A stretch of DNA of 64,000 bases, from the NCBI GenBank assembly GCA_900546875.1, contig URET01000001.1, positions 226,069 to 290,068 of the forward strand. Reading direction: 5' to 3'. Position 1 is the stretch's first letter. The number at the start of each line of letters is the position of its first letter. This DNA is from an uncultured Eubacteriales bacterium. Its GTDB lineage: Bacteria > Bacillota > Clostridia > Christensenellales > CAG-314. The position numbers and the translations under genes are program-made. Positions 37,781 through 46,650 of this stretch are shown here, piece by piece. A model generated the notes under the pieces. That model saw only the letters and a list, made by a program, of their open reading frames with translations. It was not told the DNA's origin and did no database searches.

Positions 37781-38941
37781 TTACATCGCCTCCAGCTTCC
37801 CTGCCACTATTCCGCTCGTGAAAGCCCAATGCAAATTATAGCCGCCGCACAAACCGTCGACGTCCACAGCCTCGCCGCATGCAAAAAGCCCTTCCGTCTT
37901 TCTGAATTCCAGGTTGGCTTTCAGAGCGTGAGTATCTATTCCGCCCACTGTTATCTGTGCCGTATCATACCCGTTAAGTCCGACAACACTGAAATCAAAG
38001 TGTCTGATTATCGAGGCTATGCTTGTTATGTCGTTATATCCCAATTCTATCGCACGCCTTTTTATCTCCTCTACGACACGGCTGTGAAATAATCCTTTGA
38101 GCATCCTTTGCGCGCCGAATCTGTCTAATCTGTCCTGCAGCATGGGTACCAATTCCGTTTTTGTTATGGTCGGCAGTATATTGAGTCTTAACGTATACTG
38201 TGAAATATTTTCGTAGTCCCTTGCCACCATCGACGACGCATTCATGACCACTATCCCGCTGATATAATTATCCTTGAACTGTACTTCCCCTTTCTCTTTA
38301 TATACGGTCACTCCGTTTTTCATCAGCGACACCTTGCTCTTTATCCTAAGTCCCGAAAGTGCCTTGACCACAGGATTTACTTTTACCCCGGTCAATCCCG
38401 GATGGATCGGGATAAAATTCCTGCTCTCCACAAGCTTGTCCACGTTATACGACTGAGTATATGACTTTCCTCCCGCGGCTATTATGACTTTATCTCCGAT
38501 CAATAAAGTCCCGTCGTTCAGCGTCACCGCAAAACCGTTATCCCTCTTGAACACCGATTCGGCGGTTTTTCCTGTCATGACCGTTATATTTTCCCTTTCA
38601 CAGGCATACCTCAGACAATCTACCACTGACGTAGCGCTCTCAGATACGGGATATATCCTCCCTTCCTTATCGGCATAGCTTACCACGCCTATTTCCTCTA
38701 TCAGCTTGTTTGCGTCCTCCTTCGACCTGGCTATCACCTCTGATACAAATGACATATTGTTATATGCATTCGAAGGTATGGAAAGATTACCGAAATTGCA
38801 TCTGCCGTTTCCCGTAAGCAACAGCTTCTTTCCCAATCTGTCGTTCTTTTCTATGATCGTCACGTCGCATGTCTTAGATGCCGTTATTGCCGCGGCCATC
38901 CCGCTCGCACCACCGCCTATTATCAAAACTCTATTCCTCAT
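37781..38941 (-). CDS. HI0933/BaiN-like flavoprotein (NAD(P)/FAD-dependent oxidoreductase)
   Basis: VLIIGGGASGMAAAI, TGNGRCNFGN, and C-terminal CGEAVDVDGLCGGYNL typical of the HI0933 family; 386 aa. Confidence 0.75.
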   Translation of the reverse strand: MRNRVLIIGGGASGMAAAITASKTCDVTIIEKNDRLGKKLLLTGNGRCNFGNLSIPSNAYNNMSFVSEVIARSKEDANKLIEEIGVVSYADKEGRIYPVSESATSVVDCLRYACERENITVMTGKTAESVFKRDNGFAVTLNDGTLLIGDKVIIAAGGKSYTQSYNVDKLVESRNFIPIHPGLTGVKVNPVVKALSGLRIKSKVSLMKNGVTVYKEKGEVQFKDNYISGIVVMNASSMVARDYENISQYTLRLNILPTITKTELVPMLQDRLDRFGAQRMLKGLFHSRVVEEIKRRAIELGYNDITSIASIIRHFDFSVVGLNGYDTAQITVGGIDTHALKANLEFRKTEGLFACGEAVDVDGLCGGYNLHWAFTSGIVAGKLEAM

Positions 38942-39875
38942 TTGTCGTCACCATATCCAATTTCCTTGTAAAATATGTTTTGCCTTCTGCTTCGTAGTAT
39001 AAAGCCATGCTTACGCATGTAAGCTCATAACCGCTCAGATACACCACAACCGGCGTCAGCGCCATAGATACATATCCCCCCAAAAAATAACATATCACTC
39101 CTAACACAGCCGATACTACCACGCTTATTATAAATGCATACGCATAAACCTGTATGAATTTATCCACCAATACTTTCAGGCTCTTCTTGAAAGATTCCAA
39201 TACCGTGGTCCCTTCGGCGCATATGGCAGGTGCCCAGAAAGAAAACAATGTCAGCTTGAACGCATAAAGCATTATTCCTATCACTACAAATATTATTACA
39301 CCGGCTATACCCATCCCGGATAAAAATATCAGATACAATCCCACCGATACGCATAATAATAACATCTCTGTCATTATCATTATCAGATTCTTCATTAACT
39401 GATATAACGCCGATTTCCCCAATATCCTGAAAAACTGCCATCCGAACGGCCTTTGCACCCCTACCGTCATAAAGTCATTCAGACATTTGCACACCGTTAA
39501 TTCCGTAAGTCCGATAAGAAAATTGAACAACGCTATAACTATGGTAATTGCAATATACAGTAAAAATACCGTATTGAGAAATTCTTCGAATAACGGCGAC
39601 CCTTGTTTGAATAATGCCGTTATTTCTATGATCAGCTGCTGAACGTCTACTAATGCTTCGTCTATTCCCCCTCCGTTGAGCAAACCCTCTATCACCATTT
39701 TCGGCGTTTCATACAACCCTGAATCAAATAACTTTGAAAAACTCTCCGCTGATACGTTTAGCACCAGCACCACTATCGCAGTAAATATACATAACAATAA
39801 AAATTGTGCTAATGCGGATTTCAAAGCCAATTTTATGTTAGAGGCGGCCAGCAATACAATATTTTTTATTTTCAT
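38931..39875 (-). CDS. Polytopic membrane protein, unknown function
   Basis: 314 aa with at least 6 hydrophobic segments. GGAGG RBS. Its stop overlaps the flavoprotein start by 11 nt. I recognise no motif. Confidence 0.6.
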   Translation of the reverse strand: MKIKNIVLLAASNIKLALKSALAQFLLLCIFTAIVVLVLNVSAESFSKLFDSGLYETPKMVIEGLLNGGGIDEALVDVQQLIIEITALFKQGSPLFEEFLNTVFLLYIAITIVIALFNFLIGLTELTVCKCLNDFMTVGVQRPFGWQFFRILGKSALYQLMKNLIMIMTEMLLLCVSVGLYLIFLSGMGIAGVIIFVVIGIMLYAFKLTLFSFWAPAICAEGTTVLESFKKSLKVLVDKFIQVYAYAFIISVVVSAVLGVICYFLGGYVSMALTPVVVYLSGYELTCVSMALYYEAEGKTYFTRKLDMVTTNEE

Positions 39876-39878
39876 AGA

Positions 39879-40826
39879 CTACCTCCAGTTCCAGAGATCT
39901 CTTCTTTTTCCGCCGGTCAGTAGCATATAGTTCTTCATAGACACCACAGGAAAATACATCAGAAAAAAAACAGTTTCTACAAATGTCACTATTCTCGTGA
40001 CCGTTTCCGTCAACACCTCAGATGAATTTGTTCCCGCCAATATACCGGTCACCACCGTCAATATCACTACACACACCGCATACGGCATTACTACCGACAT
40101 TATCACGCGTTTGTTCTCCTTCTGCACCAACGATACCGAGTACGCAGCAGCATATCTGAATGAATACCCGTCAGACATCATACACGGAACTGTCAGACTT
40201 ATATATGAAAACAACACCGCATAAAACCCGTATATCGCAACCGTAAATGCAAGCCCTACAGTCAACATAGCTATTCCGCTACGAAACACAGCAAATATCA
40301 GCGCCGCAAATCCGCTGCACAACAGTCCGACTACCTCGTATCCCAGAAGCACTACTCCCACATAAGGCAACAACAGCATTACACTGTCGTTTATCATATC
40401 AAGCCATTTGACCCCCGCAGACACGCCCAGTCTCATCTTCTTCTCAACTGAACTGAACAGCATCCCCATACATACTATAAGAAGAAGTATCCCTAAACAC
40501 CACAATAAAAATCCCCAAAAACTGTTAAATGATATCGCCGAAAAATAACTGTATACATCAGAAAAATAATCCTTGATTTCGTACCCGGCGCCTTTCTTGA
40601 TTATCCCTATAAAAAACGCCGGTATATTCCTTGCGTCTTTCGATAATACCAGTATTATTGAAGGCGGCAACGCCATCAGGATTAGTGTCCCTATATTCTT
40701 CAGCATATAAGCAAACACAGATTGCGAATTTCTCATACTTTGCTTTAACGGATCTTTCCTCCTTATCAGTTTAAAAATAAAAGCTGTCGATTTAAGCGGC
40801 AGCTTTTGTTTTTTACTGTTTTTCAT
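39879..40826 (-). CDS. Polytopic membrane protein, unknown function (architecture similar to 38931-39875)
   Basis: About 315 aa with at least 6 hydrophobic segments. The ORF-track start is TTG 40829; ATG 40824-40826 follows immediately. There is no obvious SD. Confidence 0.55.
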   Translation of the reverse strand: MKNSKKQKLPLKSTAFIFKLIRRKDPLKQSMRNSQSVFAYMLKNIGTLILMALPPSIILVLSKDARNIPAFFIGIIKKGAGYEIKDYFSDVYSYFSAISFNSFWGFLLWCLGILLLIVCMGMLFSSVEKKMRLGVSAGVKWLDMINDSVMLLLPYVGVVLLGYEVVGLLCSGFAALIFAVFRSGIAMLTVGLAFTVAIYGFYAVLFSYISLTVPCMMSDGYSFRYAAAYSVSLVQKENKRVIMSVVMPYAVCVVILTVVTGILAGTNSSEVLTETVTRIVTFVETVFFLMYFPVVSMKNYMLLTGGKRRDLWNWR

Positions 40827-41017
40827 CAACCGATGATTACAATCAACGCAAGCGCTTTCGCAAATCGCTTACCTGATATGTCTTTCTTTCCCGCCTACCG
40901 CTGTCTGTTTTGCGCATCCCTCCATTGCACTTCAACTATGCTCAGATCATAGCACTCCGGCATATTAACCTGTGAGCCGGTCTGACTTACAAAACCACCG
41001 GTATGGTGCAACTGCTC

Positions 41018-41188
41018 TTAAGCTTCGGAAATCGCGTTTACGGGGCATCCTGCCGCGCACGCACCGCAGTCTATGCACGCATCAGGGTTGATTTCATATT
41101 TATTCTCGCCTTCGGAAATCGCTCCGACAGGACATGTTTCGGCGCATGCGCCGCACTTGATACATTCATCGGATATTTTGTGTGCCAT
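41018..41188 (-). CDS. fdx: Clostridial-type 2x[4Fe-4S] ferredoxin (56 aa; below the ORF-track cutoff)
   Basis: Hand translation: MAHKISDECIKCGACAETCPVGAISEGENKYEINPDACIDCGACAAGCPVNAISEA*, with two CxxCxxCxxxCP motifs. AGGAGA RBS. The plus-strand ORF 41003-41575 is its antisense shadow. Confidence 0.9.
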   Translation of the reverse strand: MAHKISDECIKCGACAETCPVGAISEGENKYEINPDACIDCGACAAGCPVNAISEA

Positions 41189-41230
41189 ACTCTTTCTCCT
41201 AATATGAAAAATAACCTTTTGGTCTGTTAC

Positions 41231-41259
41231 ATTATACCACCATCAAACCCTTTTGTCAA
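41231..41259 (-). promoter_or_regulatory. Consensus promoter with extended -10 for the ferredoxin gene
   Basis: Minus strand TTGACA (41254-41259), 17 nt ending TGG, TATAAT (41231-41236). Confidence 0.65.
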
Positions 41260-41296
41260 TTCTTTTTACAAAAATAGGTCAAAAGTTTTCTCTCCT

Positions 41297-42163
41297 TCAA
41301 TCCTCCCTGTATTCCTCAATCTCTTCTGTATCGTCGTTGTCGTCAGCCATTACTTCCGTAGCCTTTATTTCCTCGACCTCATATACCTCGTATTCCACTT
41401 CTCCGTCGTCTTTCTCAAATTTCGCCTTCACCGTCTTCTTGATAAGATCCATGGCCTCAACTTTCGCTTTCCCTTTCGGCGTGATTATTTCACTGTGCAG
41501 TTTCGGCATACATTTCGCCGTTTCAGTATAATGATCGTTTTCGTACTTCAAGCAACACATAAGCCGACCGCATAATCCGCTTATTTTCCCCGGATTCAGT
41601 GATAATCCCTGAGTCTTCGCCATTTTTATTGACACCCTCTCAAAATCTCCGAGATGCGAACTGCAGCAGCACGGCCTTCCGCAGCTTCCGAGTCCTCCTA
41701 TCAATTTCGTAACGTCTCTTATACCTATCTGTCTTAATTCTATCCTCGTGTGAAAATATCCCGCTAAATCTTTCGCCAACTCCCTGAAATCCACGCGCCC
41801 TTCAGAAGTAAAATAAAATATGACCTTAGTATTATCAAATGTGAACTCGGCGTCTATAAGCTTCATGTCCAGCTTATGTTTCTCTATTTTTTCCTTACAG
41901 ATATTGAAAGCTTCTTCTTTCCTCAATAAATTCTTTTTCTGCTGTTCAATATCTTTCGGCGTCGCTTTCCTTATGACTTCCTTCAGCTGCCCGACTACTT
42001 CCGAATCATCGACCTCTCTGTTCGGGATCACCACATATCCGAATTCGACCCCTCTCACCGTTTCGACTATCGCACCTTCATCTTTTCTGAATTTTATTTC
42101 CTTAGGCGAAAAATAATATACCTTTCCCGCTTTTTTAAACCTTATTCCGACAATAACCGGCAT
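41297..42163 (-). CDS. ricT: PSP1-domain protein RicT/YaaT
   Basis: IVGIRFKKAGKVYYFSP and the Cys cluster GSCGRPCCCSSHL...GLCGRLMCCLKYE. Its position after holB matches the B. subtilis yaaT context. Confidence 0.88.
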   Translation of the reverse strand: MPVIVGIRFKKAGKVYYFSPKEIKFRKDEGAIVETVRGVEFGYVVIPNREVDDSEVVGQLKEVIRKATPKDIEQQKKNLLRKEEAFNICKEKIEKHKLDMKLIDAEFTFDNTKVIFYFTSEGRVDFRELAKDLAGYFHTRIELRQIGIRDVTKLIGGLGSCGRPCCCSSHLGDFERVSIKMAKTQGLSLNPGKISGLCGRLMCCLKYENDHYTETAKCMPKLHSEIITPKGKAKVEAMDLIKKTVKAKFEKDDGEVEYEVYEVEEIKATEVMADDNDDTEEIEEYRED

Positions 42164-43119
42164 TTATACCTTACCTCCATCAACCTTAAAAACAGCTCGT
42201 CCAAAAGCGCGTTTTTATTTACATTGCTCTCGTTCATCCTTTTTATCTCCGCAGCAAGAAAGATCCCTTCCGTACACCCGGTCGTTTTATACGCTTTATA
42301 TATCTCATCCAGATCATTCTGCCTGTATACCTCGGCCGTCCCTGCTCTGCGCCCGGTGAGCGCACGACTGAAAACCGCGATGAATACGTCTGCTGTTTCA
42401 CCTATTATGTCTTTGTACACACTCATCCTGCCCAGATACTTGCATATCTCCCTGCTGCTTTTGCATCCGACAAGAAACTCATATACATCGTCCGCCATAT
42501 CCATATACTTCTCATCCGTCGCATACTTCATCGCAAGCGTAAGATTCCTTCCCGCAAGCATTTCCGAAACACCCGCGCGTCTGTTATCCGTTCCGGTAGC
42601 CTTGAGATACTCCTTGATGTACTCGTAGGAAGGCGTCCCGATCGGGAAATTCGCACATCTGCTCTTTATTGTCGCCAGCAGCTTTTCGGCATTGCTTACC
42701 GCAATAAATATATACGTGTTCTCTGGCGGCTCTTCCAACGTCTTGAGCAATTTGTTCTGCCAGTCGGTACGCACTGTTTTACCCACATTGAAGACAAATA
42801 TCCTGTTGCCGCCTTCATAAGGCCTCAGAGCAACTTGCTCCGCAAAATCATTCATGTCCTCGGTAACGCTTATCGTTTCCCCGGTTCCCCTCGGATAATA
42901 CAGTACGTCAAGGTGCATTTTGTTCCGTACTTTATAACACACGGAACACTCCCCGCACCCTTGCCGATCGCACATAAGATACTTAAATACTTCCGTCAGA
43001 AAAGCGTCGCAGTACAACGGGTCATCGCTTTCCGCAATATACCCGTGAAATGTCTTTCCTTCTTTTGCCTTTTGTGCAAACTCTTTAAATTCTTTTGTTT
43101 CTGTTATCAGTCCCGCCAA
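42142..43119 (-). CDS. holB: DNA polymerase III subunit delta'
   Basis: AAA+-like, with zinc-module Cys (CDRQGCGECSVC), LKTLEEPP and SRC motifs. TTG start 43117-43119 after AGGAGA. Confidence 0.82.
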   Translation of the reverse strand: MAGLITETKEFKEFAQKAKEGKTFHGYIAESDDPLYCDAFLTEVFKYLMCDRQGCGECSVCYKVRNKMHLDVLYYPRGTGETISVTEDMNDFAEQVALRPYEGGNRIFVFNVGKTVRTDWQNKLLKTLEEPPENTYIFIAVSNAEKLLATIKSRCANFPIGTPSYEYIKEYLKATGTDNRRAGVSEMLAGRNLTLAMKYATDEKYMDMADDVYEFLVGCKSSREICKYLGRMSVYKDIIGETADVFIAVFSRALTGRRAGTAEVYRQNDLDEIYKAYKTTGCTEGIFLAAEIKRMNESNVNKNALLDELFLRLMEVRYKCRLLSE

Positions 43120-43152
43120 TTGCTTCTCCTGCCGTTTCGGCTTTTTCCCGCA

Positions 43153-43776
43153 CTACTTTATTATTCCCTTTTTTATCAATTCGCTGATTATTCTCGTCTG
43201 AGTTTCGGTCTTACTGCCGGAAGCGTCGATAACAATGAATCTTTCGGGCTCTTTACTTATTATGTCCATATATCCGGCGTACACCTTTTCGTGAAATTCT
43301 TCCTTTTCCCTTTCGAGTCTGTCTTTTAAATCCGCTCCGCCCTTACGCCTGAATGCAAGCTCCGGAAGCAGATGTAAAAATACCGTATATTCCGGCAGGC
43401 AATCACCCGCGGAAAGCTTATTCAATGTCTCGACATATTTGCCACCCAATCCTCGCGCAGATCCCTGATAAGCATAAGTACTGTCCGTAAATCTGTCGCA
43501 GAATACTATGCTTCCCCTTTTCAACGCCGGCAATACTACTTCATTGATATGCTGATTCCTTGCAGCGGCGTATAAAAGAGCCTCGCATTCGCCTGTCATC
43601 CCTTCATTTGCTCCGTCAAGAATTATTTTCCTGATTTTCTCAGCAATCTCGCTTCCGCCCGGCTCACGTGTAAAAACAGCGTCTATTCCGTTTGATTCGC
43701 AATACTCCTTTAAAAACCTGAGCTGCGTGGTCTTCCCTACGCCTTCACAACCTTCAAAAGTAATAAAATTTTTCAT
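43153..43776 (-). CDS. tmk: dTMP kinase
   Basis: ITFEGCEGVGKTTQ P-loop, and the DRF motif within FCDRFTDSTYAYQG; 207 aa. Confidence 0.92.
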   Translation of the reverse strand: MKNFITFEGCEGVGKTTQLRFLKEYCESNGIDAVFTREPGGSEIAEKIRKIILDGANEGMTGECEALLYAAARNQHINEVVLPALKRGSIVFCDRFTDSTYAYQGSARGLGGKYVETLNKLSAGDCLPEYTVFLHLLPELAFRRKGGADLKDRLEREKEEFHEKVYAGYMDIISKEPERFIVIDASGSKTETQTRIISELIKKGIIK

Positions 43777-45125
43777 TTCGCACCCTCCACGGCAACTTGC
43801 CCGTCGCCGTCAACGCCGTAAACGTTGCCTCTTTTTATTTCATCATATAAAAGATTTATTACTTCTTCATTGATTATTTCCCCTTTCATTATCAAAGGGA
43901 CACACGGCGGCATAATCCCTATCTCCTCGGCTGCTCTTTCTCCGCATGCTTTTTTCAATGGTATATATATCTTGTTTCTCACATCCGGCCGGTATTCCGT
44001 GACGCCCTTCCCCTCGTATACCATTTCCCGGGCTATCGTTTTTTCCATACTCACAGGCGTTTCAAGGTACTCTTCTGCGGTATCTGCAAGCATGTTCAAA
44101 GCTTCCGTCCCGTCTTCCGGAGTAAGTATCAAAACCGCTCTGTATTTATCCGTCATTTCGGGATAAATATCCCTCGCTTCCATAAAAGCTCCTAACGCGT
44201 ATCCTCCTCCGCAGTCAGAAGCGTCCAATACAAGCCGCGTAAAATCGTCGTTATCCGGGATCCTTATGCGGGAACCTGCCAGCCTTTTTTTTATACGCTC
44301 GACATCCTTATACAACCTTTCATATTCCCCGCGCGAATTTTCCGCCCGTACTCTCGCGTACTCTATCGACGCCATCAGCGGATACGACGGACTTGTCGTC
44401 ATAAAAGCCGAAAGAGCTTTCCCGAGTTCTCTGCCGGTCTCTTCCGTTCGCGCCATCAGAACTGCCGACTGAGTCATGGCAGACAGCGTCTTATGTACCG
44501 ATACGACGCAAGCGTCGCAATATTTTATACAGTTTTCCGGAAGCCTCGGACTCAAACCGAAATGCGCACCGTGTGCCGAATCGGCAAAAAGTCTTATTCC
44601 TTTATCTTTAAGCTTTTGATACAGCGTTTCTCCGAAATGCAGAAAACCGTAATAATCGGGCGACGTCAGCAACACGGTATCTGCGCCGACAGCAGAAGCG
44701 CGCCGGATTATTTCATCTTCGTCAGGAGGCTGATACCTGCCTTCTGAAAACCTGCCGTTTATTACATAGCATTCTTTGCCGAGGTATTCTGCAGCCTTAA
44801 AAACCGCCCGGTGAGATCCTCTTTCGACAAGTATCCTTTCGGACGCCGAAACCATCGCCCATATCCCCGCCGTACTGCCGTTTACCGAAAAATATGCCTG
44901 AGCCGCTCCGAACAATTCCGCAAAAAGCTTTTCGGATTCGGCAATCACTCCTTCCGGTTCCATAAGATTATCCGAGAAAAAAAGCTCCGTAATGTCTCTT
45001 TTCATGATTTCGCGGAAAAATCCCTCACCTTTCCCCTTGTGACCGGGCATGCACATCCTGACCGCACCTTTTTCTGCAAATGCATCCAGCATGTCGATGA
45101 CAGGAGTTTTCATTCTTTTCATCAC
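43773..45125 (-). CDS. Orn/Lys/Arg decarboxylase-family PLP enzyme (YaaO-like)
   Basis: MPGHKG motif and PLP-Lys SVHKTL; position upstream of tmk as in B. subtilis yaaO. The start is GTG 45125 or ATG 45122. Confidence 0.8.
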   Translation of the reverse strand: MMKRMKTPVIDMLDAFAEKGAVRMCMPGHKGKGEGFFREIMKRDITELFFSDNLMEPEGVIAESEKLFAELFGAAQAYFSVNGSTAGIWAMVSASERILVERGSHRAVFKAAEYLGKECYVINGRFSEGRYQPPDEDEIIRRASAVGADTVLLTSPDYYGFLHFGETLYQKLKDKGIRLFADSAHGAHFGLSPRLPENCIKYCDACVVSVHKTLSAMTQSAVLMARTEETGRELGKALSAFMTTSPSYPLMASIEYARVRAENSRGEYERLYKDVERIKKRLAGSRIRIPDNDDFTRLVLDASDCGGGYALGAFMEARDIYPEMTDKYRAVLILTPEDGTEALNMLADTAEEYLETPVSMEKTIAREMVYEGKGVTEYRPDVRNKIYIPLKKACGERAAEEIGIMPPCVPLIMKGEIINEEVINLLYDEIKRGNVYGVDGDGQVAVEGAK

Positions 45126-45772
45126 CTGATCCCTTTAACTCTCCTCACCACTTCCGCCGGATCGGCAGCTTTGAAAAAAGCGTTACCCATGACAAGTGCG
45201 TCTGCGCCGCGTTTAATGATCTCCGCGGCATTTTCCGGATTTACGCCTCCGTCCACTTCTATTATAACGTCCCGTTTTAAAAATCCGCGTGCCTTTTCCG
45301 TCTTCTCAAGCGCCGAAGGTATAAACTTCTGTCCGGAAAAACCCGGCTCGACACTCATTATTAGAAGTAAATCCAAAAGCTCCGAAAACTCCTTCACTCG
45401 TTCGACCGGAGTCCCGGGCTTAACCGACAAACCTGCTTTCACTCCGCATTTTTTGATCGTTTCGAGTGTTTTTCCGACATCCTTGCAGGCTTCGATATGT
45501 ACGGTGATAAAATCCGCACCCGCCTCGGCGAACTCTTCCGTATAACGTATCGGTTCCGTTATCATCAAATGAACGTCAAGCGGCAGCTGCGCTGCTTTTT
45601 TTATATCGCGTATCATTTTCTGCCCGAATGTGATATTGGGAACGAAAACTCCGTCCATAACGTCGCAGTGTATCCAGTCGGCTCCGCAATCCTTCACCTT
45701 TTCCGTTTCAGATGCAATATTCGTAAAATCCCCCGAAAGAATAGAGGGCGATACCAAAATTTCCTTTTCCAT
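45122..45772 (-). CDS. rpe: Ribulose-phosphate 3-epimerase
   Basis: SPSILSGDF, HCDVMDGVFVPN, VDGGVN; 216 aa. Confidence 0.93.
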   Translation of the reverse strand: MEKEILVSPSILSGDFTNIASETEKVKDCGADWIHCDVMDGVFVPNITFGQKMIRDIKKAAQLPLDVHLMITEPIRYTEEFAEAGADFITVHIEACKDVGKTLETIKKCGVKAGLSVKPGTPVERVKEFSELLDLLLIMSVEPGFSGQKFIPSALEKTEKARGFLKRDVIIEVDGGVNPENAAEIIKRGADALVMGNAFFKAADPAEVVRRVKGIR

Positions 45773-45774
45773 TT

Positions 45775-46650
45775 TTACTTCCTGTAATTTTTCTTTTCCT
45801 CTTCTCTTATAAGCTTATATAGCTCCACATACCTTTTGTACCTCCCCGGAGATATCAGACCTTCTTCTGCCGCCTTCTTTACCGCACATCCGGGTTCGTG
45901 CACGTGAACGCAGCCTCGCACCTTGCACTCCCTTCCCAATCTTACCATTTCGGGATAATACGCCGCTAACTGATTCGACGGAACTTCGGTTTCGGTAAAT
46001 ACCGAAAAGCCGGCTGTGTCCGCAATGCATAATCCATCTTCAAGCATATAAATTTCATTATGACGCGTAGTATGTCTGCCTCTTTCGGTTTTCGCGGAAA
46101 GCTCGCCCACTTCACGATCGAGTCCTGTGAGCCTATTGAGAAGCGAAGTCTTCCCTACGGCGGATTGTCCCGCAAGCACAACGGTCTTTCCCTTAAAAAG
46201 CCTCCTGAATTCTTCCGTGCCTTCGCCCGTTACTGTACTGAAACACAATGTGCCGCAGGCAAAGTCTTCGTAATCGGAAATTATGCCCCTTATGAAACTT
46301 TCATCGGCGATGTCCGTTTTGTTGACCGCCACATACGGCTCTATACCGTTTTTGAAAGCGTTGACTGTAAGTTTATCGGCCAGAAGATAATCCGGTTCAG
46401 GCAACGGCGCAAGAAGTATAACCAATACATCCACATTCGATACCGCAGGACGGATCAATCTGTTGAAAGGTTCAAGCACTCGGTCAATGACCGCATAATC
46501 CTTCCCCTCTTCGTATTCGACATAATCGCCGACTGTCACTACCTCTCCTCTGAAACCGGTTTTCTTGCGCGCCTTGCATACAACGCTCTTTCCTTCGCCG
46601 TATACATAAAAAAATCCCCCGACTCCTTTATATACTCTGCCCTTACTCAT
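45775..46650 (-). CDS. rsgA: Ribosome small-subunit-dependent GTPase A
   Basis: GQSAVGKTSLLNRL and the C-terminal zinc knuckle CKVRGCVHVHEPGCAV; 291 aa. Confidence 0.92.
   Translation of the reverse strand: MSKGRVYKGVGGFFYVYGEGKSVVCKARKKTGFRGEVVTVGDYVEYEEGKDYAVIDRVLEPFNRLIRPAVSNVDVLVILLAPLPEPDYLLADKLTVNAFKNGIEPYVAVNKTDIADESFIRGIISDYEDFACGTLCFSTVTGEGTEEFRRLFKGKTVVLAGQSAVGKTSLLNRLTGLDREVGELSAKTERGRHTTRHNEIYMLEDGLCIADTAGFSVFTETEVPSNQLAAYYPEMVRLGRECKVRGCVHVHEPGCAVKKAAEEGLISPGRYKRYVELYKLIREEEKKNYRK

Noticed and set aside
41003-41575. 190-aa plus-strand ORF over the ferredoxin/ricT intergenic region.
   Set aside because: It is the antisense shadow of the hand-found 56-aa 2x[4Fe-4S] ferredoxin (41018-41188, minus) and of the 3' end of ricT. 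It has no RBS and its composition is implausible.
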